A stretch of DNA of 64,000 nt from Syncephalis fuscata S228 (taxonomy: Eukaryota > Fungi > Zoopagomycota). The stretch is taken from the NCBI GenBank assembly GCA_025786725.1, contig JAHLTZ010000016.1, positions 1-64,000 of the forward strand. Reading direction: 5' to 3'. The position numbers and the translations under genes were made by a program. Numbering within the stretch: position 1 is the stretch's first letter; every line of letters starts with the position of its first letter. Under the pieces are notes generated by a model that had not been told where the DNA came from, searched no databases, and was given only the letters and a program-made list of their open reading frames with translations. Shown here one piece after another: positions 52,171-64,000 of this stretch.

Positions 52171-52587
52171 ATGCTTACTTTTCGTTCGGCTATTTCAACT
52201 GCTGCTGTTGTTGCTATTATTATGCTGATTCATGAGCATGTGGATGCCCAGCCAATGGCTTTGTTTGAGCGTAGATCATTCGGCATCGGTGGCTATCCCG
52301 GCTCGTATGCGCCATGGAGTCCATATTGCTACAATGGCTGCTACGGTGGCTATGGTAACTATGGCTATGGCAATTGCGGCTACTCCCCATGGTTTGCATC
52401 AAACAACAACAACTTCAATGCAAATAACAATGCACTTAACGCGAATGCAGTCACTAGCGCGTTCAATAGTCATCAAAATGAGGCTGATCACATTGCCAAC
52501 TCGGATGTGAATGCCTATACCACCGCAAATAACGTCTGCGCCGACAATAATTATGTTAATAGCGCTAATCATAACATTGTCGGATAA
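52171..52587 (+). CDS. Secreted Gly/Tyr-rich plus Asn/Ala-rich 138-aa protein (duplicate)
   Basis: Translation identical to 38099-38515. Confidence 0.85.
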   Translation: MLTFRSAISTAAVVAIIMLIHEHVDAQPMALFERRSFGIGGYPGSYAPWSPYCYNGCYGGYGNYGYGNCGYSPWFASNNNNFNANNNALNANAVTSAFNSHQNEADHIANSDVNAYTTANNVCADNNYVNSANHNIVG

Positions 52588-53211
52588 AGAGAGTGAAAAT
52601 GCGGCAATAATGCTAAATGCTGTTACAATTCTGATTTTAGAAGCTGTGGGCTAGACGACTGAGCACGCCTTATCTTGATGTTATACTACAGCATTAGTCT
52701 TTGATACTTACTAACACTTATGTTAACACTCAGAATACAGCATGTTGCTTAGTTGATATCGTTTTGATAATAAATTTAGCTATTATTGTTTATTAACTAC
52801 CACAGTTTAACCATCGTAAAGTGAATAAGCTGCATGACACTAAGCAGTTACAAATGGAACTAGAAACTGAGAATCTTTACTAATATTGAGTAAAGTTATT
52901 ATTATTTTTAGTAAATATGGCTAGTAATAAAGCAAGAGCTTTGTATTGTTTTGTTTTTAACACAGAGCTGCTGGCTTATGTTGATAATTATTTATTAACA
53001 ATTAACAAATATCTGTTGATTATATGATTTATAGATGTTTATTACTAGTATTTAGTGTTAATGTTTAGCGTATTAATATTGCACCTATTCACATATAACG
53101 TGTTACCCAATCACATAGTATATTTATTAGTTACGCTGCCATAATAACATACATACAGTGTTGGAATAACAATAATGCGATCATTGTAAAACGTAATAGC
53201 TATATTCTAAT

Positions 53212-54309
53212 AGCTGTGTTTTAACAGAATACGTTATTTTCATTTATAATACCTTGAAATGACGATAAACATTATTTACAAATTCAGACGTAAAACCATT
53301 GCGTCCATGTTATAAAGTATTCTAATAGCAATAATTTACTTAATTAAGCATTATTAAGATTGTGCATAACTTTACGTATAATAAAGCAAACTGCATGATA
53401 TTTTGCACAAGCATGCACATGACATGCAGACAACTATTAGCGAAGTATACCGTAGTTGTGTTGCGGTATAGACCAATGGTTGCGATAATACGCTAATAAA
53501 TGTGCAAAAATGGCCGTTTTTTTACCATTTATGGCTTGTGTAAACAAAATACAGCAAAATGATTGCTGGATTCGAGTTGTCCATGCTTAGTTATACACAT
53601 TGGTATGTTTTATAAACAATGATTTTTGCAAAAATGTTAGTCAAAAATGCAATTTACGTAATATTTGCTAACAAAAATCTAAGTTATATGTATATCAGTA
53701 GCATAAATTGCCACTTTACAGCAATATTTCTGCATATTAAATTGCCATTATGCTTGTTTTGGCGTTGTGAATGCTTTAAATTTACTTTATGCCAATTTCA
53801 TTTTTAATATTAAAATCTTTAAAATCGTATAACTTTAATTGCTTTTGTTAGCAAATATTACGTAAATTGCATTTTTGACTAACATTTTTGCAAAAATCAT
53901 TGTTCTATAAAACATACCAATGTGTATAACTAAGCATGGACAACTCGAATCCAGCAATCATTTTGCTGTATTTTGTTTACACAAGCCATAAATGGTAAAA
54001 AAACGGCCATTTTTGCACATTTATTAGCGTATTATCGCAACCATTGGTCTATACCGCAACACAACTACGGTATACTTCGCTAATAGTTGTCTGTATGTCA
54101 TGTGCATGCTTGTGCAAAATATCATGCAGTTTGCTTTATTATACGTAAAGTTATGCACAATCTTAATAATGTTTAATTAAGTAAATTATTGCTATTAGAA
54201 TACTTTATAACATGGACGCAATGGTTTTACGTCTGAATTTGTAAATTAATGTTTATCGTCATTTCAAGGTATTATAAATGAAAATAGCATATTCTGTTAA
54301 AACACAGCT
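53212..54309. mobile_element. Foldback element, duplicate of 36374-37470
   Basis: Same ~465-bp inverted arms and spacer. Confidence 0.6.
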
Positions 54310-55178
54310 GTCAAAAATGATAAATTACATTTCTGCAATGGTTATATTTATTGTAAATAACAAATGATGTATCATACAATGTCCATGGATATTGTACGCC
54401 AATGATAATGTTTTATGCATTGTAATCTTAGCACTACTACTCATATACTTTCCACAGTATACGCATTCTATTCTATATTACTTATTTGTAGTAGCTACAT
54501 ACTATTCATAACTAGTAACCGTTTGTCTCTAGCTTTATTACCAATAAACTTGATTTATTTTGTTTATTGAGCCATACAGATAAACAATGAATACGAGTGT
54601 GCACAAACTTTTGCTTTATTAAAACATCTATTGGACTGGTCATTTATGATTATTGATTATTGGGCTAGTCAGCGCCAAATAGATCGGCATGGAATTGTAA
54701 AAAGCTAGAGAATAAGACAATGCAAGTATCAATATTGCAATGTTGTGCAAATGTAACGATGTGACAATATTTGCAATAGATATATTTACACAGAACAATC
54801 ATGCTAACAGAATTATCATATAATAAATTTGATGGCCAATATAACTTACCACACATTCTCATATTCAATAGAACAAATGTGTACTCAATTGCGCGAATGC
54901 CGCTACATTTTGTCATTTGACCACTAAATAATAATATTTTTAATGTTTTAATAAAATAAACTGTTTAATAATGTCAAATGACAAATAAACAATCGTCAAA
55001 TTGTTACATAGCAGTACTCTTACAACATCTACTGGCCAAATACAATTATTTTATAATAAAAATCTTTTAGTAGCATGCAAATAGTACTGCCATTACTTTG
55101 TTAATGAAATAAATAAACATAGACACTAGCATAAATATAGTTGTAAAGGTAAATAGGTCATATACAACCTTGTATTGT

Positions 55179-56261
55179 TTATTCGCTTTCTTTGGCTTCT
55201 GCTCCTTCAGCGGTCGGAATAGCCTCCGAATCGCTTGCAGGCTTTTCATCGCGCAAAGCAACCTTAATGCTAAGTTCACGGTCTTCAGCCACCAATACGG
55301 TCTGGCTGTTGATGAGACGCTGCTGCTCTTCTTCCGTCTCAAACTCAACAAAACCAAATCCTTTGCTGCGGGCAACGTTGCCATTGCGGGCGGTAGGGTG
55401 ACGACGAACTACACTGGCCGACTTGACCTTGTAGTCCTTGAAAAGTGCAGTCAAGCCTTCATTGTCCATGGAAAATGGCAAGTTGGCCACAAATACGGTG
55501 GTCTTGGATGGTTCGCCCAACTGACGAGGCTTGCGAGCTGGACGTGGCTTGCGCTTCTTGCCAGCAGCTCCTTTGTCGGAATTGGCCTCCGTATCGCTCT
55601 TGGAAGAACCAGCGGCAGCAGGAGAACCGGCAGCACCGGTAGGAGCACCACGACGAGGGCGTACCTTGCTACGACGAGTCTTGCCGTCCTTCTTTTGCTC
55701 GCGTGCGGCAGCGTTGGCTTCTGCATGCGTAATAATTTCGCCGTCTTCCGAATCGGCGTTAGCTTCTTTGCCAGTTTTGCTGACAGACTTGGTGCGTCTC
55801 TTACGTGGCTTGCGGGCCTTTGGCTCGCCAGACTGCGGCTTGGCAATCTCCACGTTAATTTCGCGACCGTCCAGTTCTTTCTTGCTCAACTGGGCTACGG
55901 CAGCGCTGCATTGATCAAGATTCTCAAATGCAACAAAGCCATAGCCGAGCGAGCGCGTGCCGCGAGTAATGACCTTGGCTTGGACGCTATTTGGGCAATA
56001 ATACGTTAGTCAATAATGCATACGCTCAATACCTTGTGATGTCGATCATAACAGCATTTAGCCATGCTATCTTGGTTTTTATTATACTTACACTGTGCCA
56101 GCGGGTGCAAAGAACTCGCGCAACTGGTCTTCAGTTGTTGTAAAAGCAATATTGCCAACAAACACCTTATGTGGATACTCGTCGACTATCGACGCCGAAG
56201 AAGCAGCGGCGGCTTCAGCGGAGGCTGGGGCCTCGCCCTTTGACTGCTGTTCAGTGGACAT
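55179..56261 (-). CDS. Twin-RRM RNA-binding protein
   Basis: KVFVGNIAFTTTEDQLREFF, RSLGYGFVAF, LDGREINVEIAKP, TVFVANLPFSMD, RSKGFGFVEF. Confidence 0.9.
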
Positions 56262-57589
56262 GGTAAAATAACTTTAAACGAGGAGTAAAGTGTAGAAATG
56301 CCTACAGATGGAGTATATGCAGTCGACTATAGACTGTAAACAATAGGAACAACACGAGTGTGGCGTGTTTGTTCTTTGTGTAGAGGAGTGCGCGATGGAG
56401 TGCAGGATGGGATAGACAGTATCGAAAAGCACTAGGCTATGGGTGTTATTGATAGTGGTGCAATGAAGCGCAAGATTGAGACGGTGGCCGGGCACACACA
56501 CGCGTTGCGGTCGTCGTCGTCGTCGTCGAGGGGCTGGACGCGGCTCGCTTAGAGGGACAAACGGAAACTAGGCCAAAAAGTGGCTGGCTATAAAGTAGAG
56601 GGAAGATGATGAATTGGAAAGAAACACTGAATACATCAAACGAGCGGACATGGCGAGATATATGCTCTTTTGCGCTGTTCTCTCACTGAACCCATGCATT
56701 ATTGCCACCCATACAATTACACACACACAATAAATATAGATGCCACATCGCCTCATTTCACGTCCATTTCTGCCAATGGCCTGTGTGAGTGCTCGTTGAC
56801 CGCGAATTATGGTTGGTTCCTAATTAGGACACGTTTGAATAAAAAGAGAAGGAAAAGAAGGAGAAAAAGAAGGAGGAAGGATGCTGCCACAAGCAAGTAT
56901 AGTACTAATCGACACTACCATGGCTGTACATAAGTGTTCTATATACATTACACAGATACATTAACAAATACTGCTACTGTATATGTTCGGACACAAATAC
57001 ATATAATTGCTCGTATGGTTCTTGTAGACGTTTAACAGATGGCGGAGATATGGGCAATGCATACACCAACTACCAATCAATGAATGCCAACTGCTTGTAG
57101 TATCGCGTGATTGGTTAGTAGCATTGGACAAGTGGCATGCTCAATAAGCTGTATAGATTTAGAATTGATAGTTTTAGTAAACTATAAGTTTACTACCCAT
57201 CGCATTCTATTTTATTTTCATTTCTATGACATTAGCTGTTTTTCTTTTTATTCTCTCTTTATGCTTTGGTATCAACTAGTTACATGAAAACGATAGACGC
57301 TGCGCTAGAATGTAAGTATTAATAGAGTGTGGCATATGCTATGATGTATGGTTGTATTATTGTATCCCGTATGATGGAAATACCAATTCACTTGTCGGAT
57401 TTGGCGTCTGAAGTGGCAGGGATGGTCAATGGAGCCTGGCATGCCAGGAGAACCCACCGTTGCACCCTGTCGAAAGATTACGAATATTCGTTGCCGAACG
57501 AGTCTGAGGGATACTATAATATAACATATATTTACTGTAGTGTTGGATATGAACTATATTTATTTATAAATACTAACGATAATTACTAT

Positions 57590-58710
57590 TGGATTAGGGG
57601 GACTATTGTACTTTGAGCTTCTAGCTTCAAACTGGGACAAAAAGATCAATAACTCCAATAAACCGTCGATCAGTTTTTAATACTAAGGTGATTTGTTGAA
57701 GCGGTGCTATGTCAACTCCACTTGAATTAGTTGAAGATGAATTAGTCCACACAATTTTTAATATTTGATATTAGTGTTAATGAATGTTGTAGTATTCCAT
57801 GTTACTTAAAATATAATAAATAAATGCTAATCCATATTATTGTTGCTGCAAAGTATTTAAAGCATTATAATTTGATTATTTAATGTCACCTACCATTCAG
57901 TTCCATATTCAATAGATTGAATGTGCAGTTCAGTTACACGAATGTTAACAAAAAAGTTATTTATTCAAATTACAATAAATAGCTCATAAATTGTTTAATG
58001 TAAAAAATAGTTATTTTTATTTAATTAATAAATAATGTAATATGTACAATCCATAAATTAAATGACATTGTACATACAAATACTATGAATAAATTAAAAT
58101 AGAAATGAAAAATTGTTCAAGTGGTGGAATAAAAGAAAGAATAAAAATCAATAGCATAAAAGCAAATATAATTATAGGATATGTCATCAGTAAAACAATG
58201 AGTGTAATAAGAATGACAAACAATAAAGACAAATATATTCATAGAACAATGCCACTGGTAAAATAAGAAGAATGGATATCAATACATAGACAAATGCCAT
58301 TATTATAAAACATGATATTATAATTAACAACTAAACTTTTAAGCATTAAATTTAGTATATAAGCAACAGTGTTTATTGAATGTTAAATAAAATACTTGTA
58401 AGCACATCTATTCTAAACTACGCCTTGTATATACAATTAAATAATGACCCATCAAGAGAGCAAGAAAGAGTTAACAAAAAATAGTATAAATAATTATACC
58501 TAACACACCACTTGAGTAAAATAAATGTTTAAAATAGTAGTTACTAATACAATGTTTTATTACATTTAATTATAGTTTATGGAAATGGTAATGCTATTAC
58601 ATTTATTGATATTTATTGTGAATGATTATTTAAACACAAATTAATCAAATCAACTCGTCAACTATTGAAATTATTACAATTGATTGCGTAAATCATTTGC
58701 TGCTCCTGGG
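57590..58710 (+). repeat. Dispersed repeat family R2
   Basis: Both ends match 61360-62190 directly and 30020-30660 inverted. Confidence 0.7.
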
Positions 58711-58741
58711 AGATTAGAGTAAATCTTTCAAAACATATGTC

Positions 58742-61312
58742 ATGGGTAAAGATCGCGCGATAGACGGTGGTGAACGTAGCCGCTCGCATCGTTCCTCAGA
58801 ACATTCAGACGTTAAACGTAAGAGAAAGAAGCGATCTACTAAAGACCGTAAAAAAGAAAGAAAGCATAAGCGTAGTCATGAGTCTAAGCGTCGCCATCGC
58901 TCAGCAGATACGTCTTCGTCGTCGTCTTCGTCTTCAGAAGGCGAGACCAATATAGACTCATTTTCACGCGCCGACATTGACGATGACCTTTGGGTAGAAA
59001 AGACACCTATAGTAGATGTACCAGCTACAACAAGCAGTCTATCAACAACAACAACAACTACTACTACTACTACTACTACTACTACAACCGTCCTGCATGG
59101 ATGTTAGAAGTACCAGAAGAACTTGAAGGATTTGGTGCTATTAAACGTGAACTAACGCCACCTCCACCTCCACCTATTGACGAGGTATTAATAAATTACA
59201 ACACTTGTTAATGTTACTAATACAATGGTATTAATAGATTAAAGTAAGCGATCGTGAACTTAATACACTTCTTGTTGCGGGCACAGCTCTTGATGCTTAT
59301 CCAGAACCAGGTAAGTACCTGTATATTAATACAATGTAATGATTACAAAATACAAAATATGTGTATTTATACTATATTCTATTTATTGTGGTTAAATAGA
59401 ACAAAAAGCCATGGTGTATGGCGATGATGGATCAAGTTGGCGTATGCTTAAATTGAAACGAACATTAGAACTAGCTGATGAAGAGAAGCGTCCATTAAAA
59501 GAGGTAGCTATAGAACGCTACGGAGTAAGTTGAACAATCATCCATCAATAATTATAATCCAATTATTAACTAAATAAATGAATCTAGTCAACGGAGGATT
59601 TTGAACAAGCCATGTCTGAACGTAAATGGTTAGATCAACGAACAGGATCAAGTAGAATGAATTATGGCAGTAATATTAAGGGTACACGCACAGCAGCCAC
59701 CAGTGCTTTCCGTCGACCCAAACATCATTATGGAGATGATGATAGTGAAGATGATGATAAAGATAGTATGACAGATAGCTTTGGTAGACAACGACGGCCA
59801 GGTGAATCAACAACACGTCGATCACCTTCACCGCCGCCACAATATAAACCATCAGTTAGGCCATCAGTAGCACCAATGGCCCATACTACACATATAGCGA
59901 CAGTAGCCACACCGCTAGTTCAATGTATGTCTCAAAATGAATTGAATCGACTACAGGCCCGTGTATTACGCGCACGCATGCTTGGTACACCAGATGCTGA
60001 TGCATTAGAGGCACAGTATAAGATGGAAAGCGAGAAGGCCAAATCAGCCGGCGATCAACACGTTATTGTATTGACAGAAGCAGAATTACGCGGTCGTCGT
60101 GGTATTGCCGATAAAGTAGTAGAATCAAGTAAAACTAATAAACGACCAAAGGTAAGTATTAGTCATAATTAATAGTGTATCGATTTAACGTTTATTAGAT
60201 TGAGACCCACGATCAACAAGGAATGCGCATCAAGTATGGACACGCGGGCGAAGATGCTACTGTTGAAGAATTAGTACGTGAAGAACGTACAGGCACCACC
60301 AATGACTATCATAAAAGTATGGTGAAAGGCATAGCGCGCGATAGTCGATTCCAGGTAATTAGTAATATTAACTGTTATCTATAGTGCTAATATATAATCT
60401 ATAGGATGATCTAGATTATATGGATGAACAAGCAGATAAACTGGCAGCCCGTGTATCATCGGCACAGTCAACTACACAACAAGTACGACGTGATGCCATT
60501 GGTAATTATCAACGAGCACAGAAGGCTATGGAACAGTGTCATTACTGTTTCCGTGATGGTCGACCACCCACAGCACCGCTTATTTCACTAGGTCATCGGG
60601 CCTATTTGGCACTGCCCCCTACAGAACCATTAGTGCCTGGGCACTGTCTTATTGTGCCGGTACAGCATCAATTATCGATGCTTGAGTGTGAAGATGATGT
60701 ATGGACCGAAGTACGTAACTTTATGAAATGTCTACTCCATATGTTTCATGCGGAGGGACGTGGCTGTATCTTTATGGAGACGGTGATGAATCTAGACTGG
60801 CATCGTCACACCGTTATTGAATGTCTACCTATGCCAGAAGCACAAGTTCAAGATGCCCCTGCCTATTTCAAAGTAATATCAATGCTATTAATGTATATAT
60901 GCGTAATTAATATTTGTTGTTAATAATAGGAAGCTATTTTAGCATCAGATGAAGAATGGACACAACATCGTAAATTGTATGATACACGCAAGAATGGTTT
61001 CCGTCATACCATGACCCCTCGTCTGCCCTATTTCCACGTCTGGTTCACGCTTGATGGTGGTATGGTCATGTTATTGAGGATAAAGAACGATTTCCACCCT
61101 ATTTTGGTCGAGTAAGTTATAAAAAATATGAATTCGTGCCTTTATTTACTTATTCTGTACTATAGGAAATAATTGGCGGTATACTTGATCTATTACCACA
61201 GACATGGCGTAAACCACGACGAATAACCTCCACTAACATAATTAATATGAATGTCGCTAATTTCAAAAAGAATTGGGCTACTTATGACTGGACAGCACAA
61301 TTAGAGACATAA
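58742..61312 (+). CDS. CWF19: Cwf19/CWF19L2 (CwfJ domain) splicing factor with two apparent 1-nt frameshifts
   Basis: YGDDGSSWRMLKLKR, CHYCF, LVPGHCLIVPVQH, DDVWTEVRNFMKCL, HTVIECLPMP, APAYFK|EAILASDEEWTQHRK, LPYFHVWF, YDWT. Confidence 0.93.
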
Positions 61313-61359
61313 TTGATAATGAGAAAACTAGAATATAAGGAGTTAATGAACATGTTTTA

Positions 61360-62190
61360 TACTAATAACTCGAATAATAAACCGTCGATCAGTTTTTAAT
61401 ACTGAGAGGTGATTTGTTGAAGCGGTGCTATGTTAATTCCGTTTGAATTAGTTGAAGAATCAGTTTGCACAATTTCAATATCAAAATAGATATTAAATAG
61501 TATTTCATGTTACAATAAAATATAATAAATAAATAAAGATTAATTTATATTACTGTTACTTTAAAGTATTTAAAGCATTATAATTGGATATTAATGTCAT
61601 TTACTATTCATCATTATATTCAATCTATTGAATATTATTAAATAAAGTCATTTTAATCACAAATCATACTAAATAGCTAATGAATCTAATTAAATTGTAT
61701 AATAATGTTAAATGGTGCACAATATTTTATATGATGGTGCAGTTTATTTAATTTAATTAACAAGCACTAAAAGTTAAAATGAAATGGAACATAGCATATA
61801 TATATATATATTAGTGCAATAATACTAATACAATCAAATAGAACAATTAACTAAATAATTATTGATATCATTGCTAAAATAGCTAACATGGTTGTAATTG
61901 TAGTGAGTGTAACTCATTATAATATGTTAATGTTCAATATTTTCTTACACATGATCAACAACAACAACGATCAACCTTAAATGTCCCAAATAGATCGAAT
62001 AGTATGTTACATTGTTTATTTAAATGTTTAATATTATTATTAATATAATGGCCTATTACATTTAATTATATTCTATGGAAACGATACTAATATTATATTA
62101 GATTAATGTTTATTGTAAATGATTATTTAAACACAATTCAATTTAATCAAATTATTACGATCGATTGCGTAAAAAGATTGCTGCCTGGTG
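61360..62190 (+). repeat. Dispersed repeat family R2
   Basis: aaaccgtcgatcagtttttaatact..ggtgatttgttgaagcggtgctatgt is nearly identical to 57660-57712; its 3' end matches 58560-58705. Confidence 0.7.
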
Positions 62191-62369
62191 GATTAAAATA
62201 GATATTTACCAAAAATAAATTAAATTCAAATATCAATAAAATAAAACATTTTTCTTCTTTTTTATTTCTAATCGCTTTAGTTATCGTGTGTGCGTACACG
62301 CTTGTGTTTGCGTGTCTGTACTGATTGGCGTCGTGCATTTCTATTTACTTCTTCTTCTTCTTGTTCATC

Positions 62370-64000
<1,631 letters not shown>

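Larger units (their letters stand above)
47993..54884 (-). repeat. Right arm of the 6.9-kb inverted segmental duplication
   Basis: Reverse complement of 35802-42701. Confidence 0.95.

Noticed and set aside
35802-54884. Autonomous composite transposon
   Set aside because: No transposase, recombinase or helicase recognised, and no target-site duplication found.
55067-56009. Long antisense and alternate-frame ORFs (279, 131, 127 aa), similarly over ATF1 and UPF3
   Set aside because: Shadow ORFs of GC-rich real genes.

Overview
AT-rich, intron-dense eukaryotic DNA from a fungus, probably an early-diverging lineage (short 50-85 nt introns, GTAAGT donors, CTAAY branch points; the lineage is my inference). 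The housekeeping backbone comprises a TTL-family ligase, a zinc-ribbon protein, IPI1, FMN1, TRM9, URA3, an Atf1-like bZIP, a cyclin, CIA1, a carnitine acyltransferase, tRNA-Lys(UUU), a PPIE-like RRM protein, a LMW-PTP, UPF3, a twin-RRM protein, CWF19 and a partial PRP43. Main discovery: three copies (two sequence types) of a secreted prepro-peptide gene missed by the ORF track. After a 94-nt signal/pro exon ending in RR, the mature peptide is spelled by 10-14 consecutive microexons (3 nt each, except one of 6 or 15 nt), separated by tandemly duplicated ~80-nt phase-1 introns. Manual splicing gives GAPKRATCRPLCRRC... (locus 1, minus strand, ~1017-2358) and GPQFKATIG-stop (40708-41623 and its inverted copy), where the last microexon completes the stop codon. 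The second type lies in a 6.9-kb near-identical inverted duplication (35802-42701 / 47993-54884). Each arm also carries a Gly/Tyr/Asn-rich secreted protein and a 1.1-kb foldback. Coordinates were read by hand and may be off by a few bases; splicing is predicted, not observed.
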